Shown here: piece by piece, positions 1 through 11,100 of the stretch | How the letters are laid out: the number at the start of each line of letters is the position of its first letter | How positions within the stretch are numbered: the stretch's first letter is position 1 | Source of the DNA: Spongospora subterranea f. sp. subterranea | Taxonomy: Eukaryota | DNA length: 23,918 nt | NCBI GenBank assembly: GCA_049724395.1 | Contig: JAUGWO010000007.1 | Span: 372,001-395,918 of the forward strand | Direction: 5' to 3' | Notes under the pieces: model-generated | What the model was told of the DNA's origin: nothing | Database searches by the model: none | The model's input: the letters and a program-made list of their open reading frames with translations, nothing else | Program-made: the position numbers and the translations under genes

Positions 1-269
1 CTTTGTTTCATCGTGAAGGGTTTGCGATTTCGCCAAACTTGAGCCGTTGTCGCACAGTCGCTGATCAGCTTGTATTGCGCCTGTGCCATGCGACTCCTGA
101 TTTCCTCCAGTGCTGCACGATCATTTCGTCGTTCAGTCGTTGATTGGCTAATGATGTAAGTAGGTTTGTTTTGATACATTGCTTGGTAGTGTTGAAGTAT
201 CTACCGTCGTTATCAATTTTTTGCATTGGAAAAATTGTGAGTCCCAATTCACCGAAGTTGTGCGACAGA

Positions 270-870
270 GTCCAGAAGAACAAGAACTCAACAACAAGTA
301 ATAATCAGGTGCAGAGTCGTCATCACCAATATGACGCAGCACACCGGCGACGAAGGCAATGATCGACTCGGTCATGGCAGATCACAAGAGTGACAAAGAA
401 GTCGACAAGATCGACCACAAAGCACAAGGCTTACCGTAAGGCCAACCAGTATTGTTAGGAGGTGCAAGACCAGCTCCCACGACACTGATCAAGTGTCGGG
501 TATTGAACCCACATCTCAACACGTCCTTACGAGACTACACCAAAGAATCAATAACGCCCAGCGAACAGATTCAGGATCACGCGCGTTCGGTACTGTAGCT
601 ACGTGCGACTCAATCATTGATAGCGGCGCCGACGTATCACACACAAACAATCAAGACATCCTGACCGACTATTGACCTCTTGAACAACCCGTCCATATCC
701 AAATGTGCAGCGGACAGGCATCAAAGGCAATTGGAGAAGGAATTTTGATCATCCCAGCGTTGTAGCCGATCACCATCAAGGACGTGTTTTGTGCACCGAA
801 GGTGGCAAATACATGGCTAACAGAGCATTGGATCGCGCTGCAGGAACTGTCAATCCATCGTATATCGTTA
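270..870 (+). mobile_element. Decayed Ty1/copia-type retrotransposon fragment (Gag zinc knuckle + aspartic protease)
   Basis: Frame +1 reads 'IIDSGADVSHTNNQDILTDY*PLEQPVHIQMCSGQASKAIGEGILIIPAL*PITIKDVFCAPKVANTWL'. This matches the copia protease pattern (IIDSGA..H, A.G.G, .I.DV...P....N), with stops at 673-675 and 763-765. Bases 453-496 give a frameshifted CX2CX4HX4C knuckle (C-RR-C-KTSS-H-DTDQ-C). No integrase or RT follows. Boundaries are approximate. Confidence 0.72.
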
Positions 871-1030
871 TTTTTAATCGTCATTTTGGTTGTGACTCAC
901 ACTCCTGCCCGAGATCTGTTTTATATTAGACGTCACCAGATTGGTGCCCCTGTTTTAACAGATTCTATTAGGCGCCGGTGCTCAATCATAATCAACCTAT
1001 CAAATTTAACAAGCAATAATAATAGCGATA

Positions 1031-1103
1031 GCCCTGCTAGCTCAGTTGGTAGAGCATTGGTCTAATAAGCCAAAGGTCATCAGTTCAAGCCTGATGTGGG
1101 GCA
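1031..1103 (+). tRNA. trnI: tRNA with anticodon AAT (nominally tRNA-Ile), atypical and possibly pseudogenised
   Basis: 73-nt cloverleaf: acceptor GCCCTGC/GTGGGGC (2 G.U pairs), D arm GCTC-AGTTGGTA-GAGC, anticodon arm TTGGT-CTAATAA-GCCAA (AAT at 1064-1066), variable loop AGGTC, T arm ATCAG-TTCAAGC-CTGAT, discriminator A. A-box and B-box are present and there is no intron. Confidence 0.85.
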
Positions 1104-1107
1104 AATA

Positions 1108-1150
1108 TTTTGGTTTTGCAATTTTGTTTTCGTTGCGTGTTCGTTTTTTT
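1108..1150 (+). terminator. RNA polymerase III terminator T-tracts downstream of the tRNA
   Basis: T4 runs at 1108-1111, 1114-1117, 1122-1125 and 1127-1130, and T7 at 1144-1150, immediately 3' of the tRNA. Confidence 0.6.
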
Positions 1151-2820
1151 GATGTTGAGCAGTCGTCATTGATGGAGGCGAATTAGGCGACATTTTATCG
1201 CTCACAGCACCCAACGTCACATTTTCCGGTGCTGTCGCAGCACCTTGATCTTGTCACCAAAAATCACACAGCAACATTCGCACCGAAATGTCGTTCCCAC
1301 TCCTTCAGGTATTGCTTCGATCAAAGTTGGAATTGAGTTTGCCATTTATGCAAGCCAATGCTTTGCGAGACATACGTTGTTAGCGCTTGTTAGGTTGGCT
1401 AACGATCGACCCCACAAGGTCTTTCAGGCAGTGCCCCAGCACGATCTAACTGTTCCAGGACGAATGCTTGACAATCAGAATGTTGAGTAGATGTCTGCAG
1501 TCATCAAAGAATCAAATGGTTAGATTCGAAAACAACGAAAGCAGAGTCAAAACTATTCCGTATTCTGCAACTCTCTACTAAAGCAGAATTAACGTTAATT
1601 GATTTTGTTAAATTTAAACCAGATCATTTGTTTTTTGGATAATGATTGTGTTAGCGAGCATTGCTAACAAAATAATGAGGGTTTCACTGAACGACGAACA
1701 AAAGAAATAATTAACGCCACCCAACGAATCAGGAAGCGTCCTTGAAACTGGTGTAATGGAAGGTCGTGATGCTTGCACCTAAAACAGAGGATACTCTCAT
1801 GATCCCAAAGTCTCAATCGTGGCCTTCTGCCATCATAGTACTGCTTGGTTTGCTGGTGCCAATGAAAACCGTGGAAGCTTTATCCCAGAGATGTTGGCTG
1901 CGGGCAAGCATCGATCGCTACCCGGCCCGGTGTTCGTGTGCAACGAGGGCCTTCATCTTTGGCGTATTCAGCATATCCTAGCCCTGACTTGGGTAGGACG
2001 AGGTCGTGGGTTGTGGTTATGAACTGTCTCGTGGTAGTTCATCGACTAATGTCGCCATAATCGGACCAGCCATGTCGTCGCATCGAACCAACACTGTGGT
2101 GCCGAATTTCCGAAAATCCTTTGACACGCGTTTGCTTGCCCGGGCACTCGCGCCGTAAGCGTATTCGCGCCTTCTTTCGGAATTGTTGAACCAGCGGGTG
2201 GTCGGCAGGTATATTATGCTGATTCGCTGGAGGGGCGGTCGTCGCTGTCAATCTGCCGTCAGTACCAATCTGGTTGACGTAGCGGTATTGGGGAAATCTG
2301 ATTTTAGCAATTTGGCGATTTCAAGTTTGACACTTGACGATGCTGCTGGTTGGTATGGCAACATTTCAATCAACTTATGATGATCACGCCCCTGTATTCA
2401 GATATGCCGTAATCTTGTCAAACACAAGGGAACCATGCGCCCGATTGAAACCAAATTTCAGGTTGATGATCGTCGCCATTGGACATCGCCAGATACAGGT
2501 GTGATCGTCATAAGTTTGAGGGTCGCAACTCGCACGTGACGTGTTGAACTTAATCCGTCCATCTCGATGCTGCCCATGAATGTCGCAGTCCTGACGGTTC
2601 CGAGTGCACCGCAAATCACTGATGGCGGCGCGGCTGTTCACTAGGTATAACGAACATTAATTGTAGCCGATCGAATGACCATGCGTTCTGCTCAAACGTC
2701 AGAACAGGATATTACCAACAAGAAGGTCATCCATAACACTGAATAAAACCCCACAGCCGACCAGTCTATTTTCTGACTGATATAATCATCAGTCCCGACA
2801 GAGGCGCGTCGAACTCCAAC

Positions 2821-4222
2821 ATGTCAACATGGAGAGGGGCTGATATCTGCTTGTACGTTAAGGTTGACAAACTGCACTTCGAGATTTTCCACCGCGTGTT
2901 TGACGCCAAATTGATGATCAGAGTGTACGATGAACAGTGGGTTTTGGATGTAGTTAATCAAGTTCAGGTCACTTGACCATTTTTTTTTGTCGGAACAGGA
3001 TCCGTTCAGATTGGAATACTACCCGAATAGTCATTACTGAAATAGCCCTTGAGGCCGTTTTGCACCCACGGTTGTACACGGTTCAGTGACAAAATATAAC
3101 GAGGGCCTGTCCGATGGCGAACTATTAATGTCGTCATGATGCTGGGATAAAGTCACTACCAGTTATATGCCACATTAATTTGGCTCGGAAGAATGGTCAT
3201 TCTCTATTGATGCGAATGGTAGTCACCCAAAGACGATCTCTCGGACGGCATCGTGATGACTGGAAAACCTGAGATATTCGCTTTAGGTTTATGTTCAGAT
3301 CAGATACTACAGCACTAGACAAATTGACCAATCCGAGGATGAGATCATCATCGACAATAAATGCGATGAACTGTTGAATTCCTACGACACTCTTCTGCAA
3401 CGAAGCGTCTCCAATTTTGCTGCCCCAATGATGATATACTATGCTATCAATCCCACCTGGCGATACCTATACAGTTGGAATCGGCAATGATATCGCTTCT
3501 GATCTTCCAAACTATATCCAATATGTGCGATCGGACAGTTCAGAATGGACTGCCAAACAATATCGCGACCGTCTTCATACGAAAGTGTTTAAATGCCACA
3601 AATGGCGTATCAAGTTGGAACCTGATCCCTCAACAGAAGTTAGGCCAATGCAGCTAAATCTAAGGGCTGGCACAAGGTATTTTCCGGTCAAATGGGCGGC
3701 GCTTATTGAAGTTCATTGCACATTTACGCATGAACATGCAAACTAACGGGAAGAAAACGGATTCGTTTCTCATAATCCTGACAGCTGTTATGATTCGGCC
3801 TGCCATGTCATACAGAATAAGGACGTCGTCACCCGTTGCTACAGAATCACAATAGACTCGCACGATCGACGCCGCATTTGGAATAAATCTTATCTTACTT
3901 GAAAAACGACAATTTTCTCATTATGCTGGATGCTTCAAAGGCTACTGTCCGTTTCCTTTTACATCCTGATAGCTCTGAATCGTGCCCTTTCTTGTATACT
4001 TCACGCGTGTCTATTGTCATCCGGAAGCCATTGGTTGGAGACCTCCTTTTTTGGTACAACATGGCATTCCACACGAATGGGATACCTCATATCCACAATT
4101 GGACAAAGCTATTAAGCCGTCGATGGTATTTCTGCAGTTGTTCAAATCCAATTTCAAAATACGGCAGACTAGAATCTGATCGTGCAATTTCAGAGTATTC
4201 AAAGATCCACATTGAGGAATGA
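2821..4222 (+). pseudogene. Decayed or unresolved coding-like region, family not recognised
   Basis: ATG at 2821 opens 'MSTWRGADICLYVKVDKLHFEIFHRVFDAKLMIRVYDEQWVLDVVNQVQ'. Protein-like stretches follow at 3441-3746 and 3899-4222, broken by stops and frame changes. I could not build a clean spliced model. Confidence 0.28.
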
Positions 4223-4530
4223 CTGGCAATTTCCACACACTCTTTTACCTGATTTTGATTGATTGTTGAGTTTTTAATTCCATTATCTGGATATTGAAGT
4301 GCTTTAGCCGGCGTCACTCAACTAGAAAAGAACGGATGCGGGCTCGCATGGCGTTTGTTTCGGGCCAGATTCTGGCTAACCATACTGCACCAGACCTGCG
4401 ACCTCATTTATTTGGTTTCCGTTCTGACGTATTACCATAAAACATCCTGGCAAAAATACGCCCCCGACCTGTACCCAAATAATGTTTGTCCATATACAGT
4501 AAATACGATCGGGCTTTTTTGCCCTCAACA

Positions 4531-7478
4531 TCATTCACTCTCGTTTTCATGCTTGCTTGCATTCAAAAAATCATGTAATTCTCGAGCCAGCTTTTCTTGC
4601 TCGGCCGGTAAACGAGGATAATCATCTAGACGCATAGATGGATGAAGGAGCATCGCTTGGTATGATTCATTGGAACATGTTGATTGAAGTAGGGAAAGGC
4701 GATCGATGCACGATAGTGTTTGGGTAAGTGCTGGAAGAGATAGACGGTCTGGGCCGATCATGAACATCTGATTGTAAGGTATAAAAGGAGGGGATATTAC
4801 TGCCTGAGTAAATAATGGGGTCAGGGAAGGCGATGGACGAGGAACCAGATATACCAGGGGAGAGGGAAGCCATAGCGCTCCTGCATAGGAACGGGCTCGT
4901 ACCAGATCTGGTGCAGGAGGTCCTGAAAGGGCTGTCTCCAACATGAGGTTGAGAGGAGATATATGGACAGCAAGGAAGGATAAGAAGCGATCAATTAGAT
5001 CTGACAAGGCGCGTAATTGGCTGGAGAGAGTATGGATATATGGTATACTATTGGTAGATGATCGAAGGAAAGAGTTCAAATAGATATAGACAGACCTCAT
5101 CATCAAGATAATGAACCCCAAATCAACCTAACAGAGTGTTATTGGGCTTTAGAGATGAAAAATTTAGGACTGGAAACAGTACCTGAAATTGTTGAGACAT
5201 TGCTCGGGATGGGGTCAATGACCAATATTGCGATAGTAAGTGAGATCCAGAGCGATAGACGACATTGGACACGATAAGGTTGGCGATAATCGCAGGGCAT
5301 TTGATATGCAGATCATAATGCAGCGAGCGAATAATCAGATTCCATGATAGCAGAGCAGAAGATATACCCTTAACAGGATAAGGCATGTTCCTTTGATGCG
5401 ACCAAGTGCCATGATCAAGACTGGGCAGAATATCGCAGACGAACAGATTGGAGATTGAGCATGCGAAAGAGAGCATGTATTGGGACATGACGGAGGCAAT
5501 GATTGATGAGCGCGGGAACAGTTCCGGGATATCAGATCTAGAATAGACTGATAAGAACTACTATACTTTACCATACAAATAGACCGATGAAAACATACCG
5601 CTTTACAGATCTTACATAGATATAGGTAGTACGATTCATGAACCTTTCAAGAAAATATAATGAACTGATGACAACGCCTGTTACGGAAATGATCAAATCA
5701 ATCATGATGAAAAGCCTGAACGACCCTATTACATATATTATGGACCATATAAGGGTTGGAATCATTGATTTCCGATATTGATCGAACGCATATAAGATAC
5801 TGATCAAGCGCTTGGTCTATAACGGGTAATAGCACATCTGAAAATCAAGACAGAAATTCAGGTTACTGAATGGTGCAGTACATGAGTGGGATAGAGGGTC
5901 GACATTGGTGGTATCGACTGTTGTTTCATGAATATCGTGATCGTCAACGAAATTGCCAAACGCTGCAATTGTGATTTGAGAGGGATTGTATCAGAAAGTA
6001 AACAGTGAAACAATATTGTTCACTCCTGTAAACTTCATGTATCCCAATAAACCAACCGTTACTGTCCCACGTTTGCTATTGGCAACATCAGCACGAACCA
6101 GGTTTCATGTTGGAAATATTTCAAACAAGCTAACGGACTGTATAATGCTATATCGTCAACAGTTTGTATCAACAGTGCAAGATAGTACAGCGACGAATGA
6201 TGTTATGATGCGGAGTGCATTGTTAAAGCCAATTACGTGATAGAATACAGTTGGTGGGTGCGTGTCGTGCAGATACTGACCTGAGCCAACGGAGTCTCCA
6301 TGAGAATTCATCATATCCAGCAGCGCCAACAACAACTCGTGTGTGTATCGCGATATTTGCCCTTCCCAAGACAGAGAATCGGAATCTGGACTACACCATA
6401 ATGTCGCACAATCATCTACTACGGGCCCAGCTTGACTATCTAACTTCACACCATTCTTTATCGTTGACAAGTCCTCCATTCTGTATATGCTCGTGCATGA
6501 TTCGATGTGTGCAGACATTTGACCGAATGAAGACGTCAGGGTAATTATACAAATGGGTGAGGATTGAGGTAACTGAGACCATGACTACAATTGGGGAATG
6601 ACTTTCAATAGTGCTGACCAGTTTCGCGACGGAACGTATTAACCGGTCCACAGTCGAATATGATGGTAAAGTTAGGTGACAGATTACTGATATGATCGGG
6701 TCAATATAGAGGGTCATTATTTGATGAGCAGGAAATATATCAATGAATTCACCATTAGAAACCCTTAAAATTTGTCGAATCATATTCATACACAGATATT
6801 CAACAGATTCGATTGATACGGAGACTTGAGACAAAATTCCATTACTGTGCATGCTATGAAAAAATTGGAAAGAAAGTTCATACTCCATCAAGATGGCAGG
6901 GAGACAGCAATTCAGGTCAAATCGCGTTCGGCAATCAGTATCAGATGGACAAATTCTGGCGAATGAAGTGCCGAGAGAATTCCGTATGAACGGTGACCTA
7001 ATCCGATACAATATGTTGATTAAGATTATAGTAGGATAAATGGGTAAATACAACGGGTAAATTGAACTCAACGTCAGAAGATTTCTGAAAAAACAGCAAA
7101 TGTGATCTAAACGGTCTTGATGCCCATCCAATTCGTTGATGGCGATATTCGGTATCGATTTCAGACATGAAAATTGTTGATCTGACGTAGCAGCGATCAA
7201 GGACAAGTATAATTCCATGTCTATAAACTGGTCAATAGCACAGAGAGAGCTGTTGTCACATTCTTGAGAAAGAGTGGGAGCATCGCTTGGTGGACAAAAT
7301 ATAGGTTGAATGGAAGGAAAAGAGCATAAGCAATGATGGAGGGTAGTTGCGATGTCAGATGCAGGGTGGTTCTAGTGGAATGAGAGTTGGCGAAGACTGT
7401 TAAGAGTTGGTTTCAGCAACATACCTGTATTTGATCAAGGTTAATGGAACAGACCCGATCACCTTCAGCCGTTTCCAT
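4531..7478 (-). CDS. KIAA0825: Multi-exon gene, KIAA0825-like (DUF4495) alpha-helical protein
   Basis: ATG at 7478 (METAEGDRVCSINLDQIQ). GT-AG introns at 7372-7424, 6998-7051, 6481-6523, 5538-5598 and 5128-5182 join the ORF-track pieces in frame; exon structure at ~5680-6280 is ambiguous. The spliced segment 'ILPSLDHGTW...ISSALLSWNLIIRSLHYDLHIKCPAIIANLIVSNVVYRSGSHLLSQYWSLTPSRAMSQQFQVDLGFII' matches the KIAA0825 pattern as I recall it (W.....SLHYDL....P...A..I...V...S...L...Y....PSR....Q...D...I). The stop at 4531 is tentative. Confidence 0.68.
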
Positions 7479-8101
7479 AACGTGAACCTCTTGTTCAGTG
7501 GTGATTACATTACATTATGACTGTGCCACACCATGTATAGGACCATACAGTGACACGTTAACGAGCACACTGCTCTATGATACTCTCTGTAACAGTAGAA
7601 CGCCAACTCAGTTGAAAAATAATTCGTGGATTTTTTGAGAGTTTCTAAAATCTGTCGAAAAACATGTGTGTAAAAAAATTTGGCAATGAAACTTGATTTC
7701 CATAGACAAAGACGAAAACAACAAATCGTGGCAAGCGCCTTTTCCAGACGTAAAACGGTAAACACGGCGAAAACATTCCCAAAACCAGGTTCAGCAAAGT
7801 TTATTTCTGGCATCACTGATATCCATTAACAATTCCAATGGCGCGCAATCAAAGAGGGGCCGTTCATCGTTTGGCACAATTATTTCAGGTGCGATCAAGG
7901 TGGGGTGCAGCCACACTGCCACAGTATACCCTTAGAGTTAATCAACAGGGAGATCCGTAACGCGGCCTCTACAGTATGGGGTAACCCTGTTCTCCGTGTC
8001 CGAATGACGTGTCATCACTCATCAGGTTGGGTGACCCTGACCCAGCGGTACCACCGACGGCCCAACAATTGACTGGATTTTGCCACAATTCAATTAATAA
8101 C
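7479..8101. promoter_or_regulatory. Divergent intergenic region (putative shared promoter) between the KIAA0825-like and CH-PH-LRR genes
   Basis: 623 bp between two head-to-head ATGs, with A/T tracts at 7610-7810. Inferred from position only. Confidence 0.35.
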
Positions 8102-11100
8102 ATGTTTGAAGACGCCGGAGAATTTTCCGAAACCGTTGAGGCCGAAGATCTACGCGAACAGAAACGATTAGGATCAAGATGTCCGGGCCATAATTACTTG
8201 GGCTAATACATACCTGAAGCAGCGATCATGTACAGCCACATCAATTGAAACTGACTTCAGAGATGGAGTTCGCCTCATCGTTTTATGCGAAATCGCATTT
8301 AACGTCAAAATAGGACACTATAATCTAAGACCCAAACTAGCGTTAGATTCAGATATGATTTCAATTCCTAATCCTAATCTTTTATATAGTTTTCACCGCC
8401 TGGACAATTTGGCAATTGCTTTCAAATTCTGCTCAGAAAACAACGTATCACTTCTAAACATTGATCCTCATAGCATCATGGATGGAGCAGTTAAACCCAC
8501 ACTAATCCTGTTTCGTTCTCTACTTCGAGCTTTGACTCTGAAAGGACTCGAAGGTAGGTTCCTGATGTACGTCAGTTTTTCGCTGGTAACCATATCGTTT
8601 AGCAATGTCATCTACCATTTCCTCGCAAACGTCGCATAAACCTGTTCGTACCCAACTTCTTGAATGGGTGTCACAAACCTTCGCACACGATTTCGGTGAT
8701 GTTCCAGTTGAGAATTTCTGGTCCAGCTTTGCCGACGGTGTCGCTTTTTGTGCTCTTGTGGAAAGTCTCGTTCCAGGGTCCATAAATATGAGCTCGCTCC
8801 GCTCACAGAGCTCTGCGGAAAACTTGGCTCTTGCGTTTTCCATTGCCGAAGAAAAACTAGGTTTGACAGTTACACGACACAAAACGTAAACAAATTAACA
8901 ACTATATGTAGGAATCCCTTCTGTATTAAAGCCAGAAGATTTTGTTTTTGGTGTTAAATCTGATGAAGCTGCTGTTGAGCAATACATTTCGATGCTTGTT
9001 TCTGCTGCGGCAGGAAACCGCAAACGGGACGAGTTGGCGCAAGAACAAATAGATATTGTCAAAGCTAAAAAAGAGAAAGAAGTTGAACAGCTAAAGTCCC
9101 AGATGCTTGAAAATGAAAAACGTGTCCAACTCATGATGGTAAGCTCAACATATGTCTGTCGCGGTTCACCCATGTTTTAACTGTAGGAAGCTAACGAAAT
9201 TGCGGTTTCGAAGGAGAAGATGTTGCAGGATCAGCGTTTGAATGACGAATTGGCCCTATCTGAGTACCAAGAGAAGTATAATTTGTTGGTCGAAAATAAC
9301 AAGAAAACCCATGAGCTCATGAAGACGCTTTCACGGTCGGAAGAGGACTTACGCTCTCGCGTTGCAGAATTCGAAAAAATTATTGAACAGAAGGATGAGC
9401 AAGCAGCTGAGCTTCAAATCGAGAACACCCGCCTTAATTCCGAGATTTATGCAATGCATATTGAGGCAATGGATACCCAACTTCGCTTTCAAACAGAAGA
9501 AGCCAGTCATCAGGAGGAGCGTCAGTTCACAGACTCATCTAAAACCCCGGTAAGCTTGATCATTATTACCCACTTTTGGGTTTAACCAGCGCAGGCCAAC
9601 GGTGACATCAATTCCAAAACTTTCGTGGTTGGACAGAAACTCCACTCCGATATTTTCTCGTCCATCCCTCCTCGAAAGGGTTGGCTAATGTTGCGAAAGA
9701 TTGGGGGCAGCTTCTTTACCAAGCCCAAGTCAAAAAAACGATATTTTGAGCTCAGAGGTGATTGTCTTTATCATAGCGCTAAGAAGGGAACACCTGTGGC
9801 GTCTTGCACCTGTACGATTTGTGTACTTATCTATACGTTCGATAATAATTTCATCACAGTGATCAAACTTTCATGTTATCAAAAAATCGAATTCGAATCG
9901 GACGTGGTCGATTTGACCGAAGATTTCAATCAGCTAATTCGCTCGGATCCTATATCCACTGTTTCATCAGACGTTGACCGTGTTTTGCATCTAGTTCCTA
10001 AACCATGGAAGCCTAGCTTAAACTCGTGTATTTATCGGTTTGCTCTGCCAATTGACCAAGCTGACTTATGTTATAGACGAAATTGCTTCTGTTCAATCTT
10101 TTGAGTCAGAACTGAAAGAAGACATATCAGTGTGGATTCAGGAAATCACTGATCGAATTGCTCTTATTGATTATTTGAAAGACCTTGAGAGCAGTCGTCG
10201 GCATCCTTGCCGCGAACTGATTGATTTTATTGCAGACCCATCGCGAAATCTTCTGACAATTTGTGATCGCGTGCAAGACTTCTGTCGTGCTCTCGTGCAT
10301 TTCAAGGAATCACTCATAATGCGTGCAAACCTTGCAATCATCTTGGAGAATGTGGCCGTATCTAACCAGTAAGCTGAACTTTGAGTTTGCAATAGGGAAT
10401 CACGTAGTGCTTTCAGGAGTCTTGATATTCTCGGGGAGGTGATTTCACGTAATAATTCCATTCGACTCGTCGAGTTGCCAAGAAACCAAATAACAGCGCT
10501 TGATATTGCGCCTATCGCTAGTGCATTGAAAATTAACCGAAGCTTGCAGGAGCTTTGTTTATGCGACAATCAAATCAAGGATGAAGGGGTTGCACTATTG
10601 GCCGAAGCTATCAGTAGCCATCCTCGTCTTCGTGTGCTTCGGCTCTCTGGAAATAGTATTACCTGTGAGGGAGCTATCGCGTAATGACTTTAAAAATATC
10701 TATTTTATATATGATCTTAACAAGCCTTTTAGGTTGTGTCAAGGGATTCAAGCTAGCTCTGATCGTCATAATTGGGAGCACGAATTTCCCTGTATTGAGC
10801 TGACGCAGAACTGTATCGGTGATAAAGGTGCTGCTGCCATAGCCGACCTCTTACGCGTCAACAAAACTATTACGCGTATTCGTTTGAGCAGGTGAATCAT
10901 CATACAATAATTCTTTTTTTTAACTAATGGTCTTGTCAACGCAGAAATGTTATTTCTGATAGCGGAATTGTCGCAATTTCCGCAGCATTATCAGCTAATC
11001 CTCGCAGAATAGAGGAGATTCTTCTGGCCCATAATCAGCTGACATCACGCGGTATTATTGTTTTAGCAGACGCCCTTGAACATGTGAAGACGCCGCATAT

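Noticed and set aside
1..283. Short ORFs at the window start
   Set aside because: No recognisable motif or splice structure, and the region is truncated by the window edge.
1217..1345. 42-aa minus-strand ORF resembling a C2H2 finger (FRCECCCVIFGDKIKVLRQHRKM*)
   Set aside because: The spacing is imperfect, the second His is absent and there is no extendable frame or splice model, so it could be chance.
1649..1669. Hairpin TGTTAGC-N7-GCTAACA
   Set aside because: A 7-bp stem is expected by chance in 24 kb, and there is no supporting context.
5640..6160. Run of in-frame TGA codons in Trp-like contexts on the - strand (NC*RY, PT*NL, TF*YN, HD*FD), suggesting UGA=Trp recoding or editing
   Set aside because: The TGAs fall in plausible GT-AG introns or non-coding frames. 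The neighbouring intact genes use TGG for Trp and TGA as the true stop (11305, 11345, 16123).
7593..7818. Possible MITE/hAT relic (CAGT...TGGCATCACTG) in the divergent intergenic region
   Set aside because: The two ends are only loosely complementary and there is no target-site duplication.
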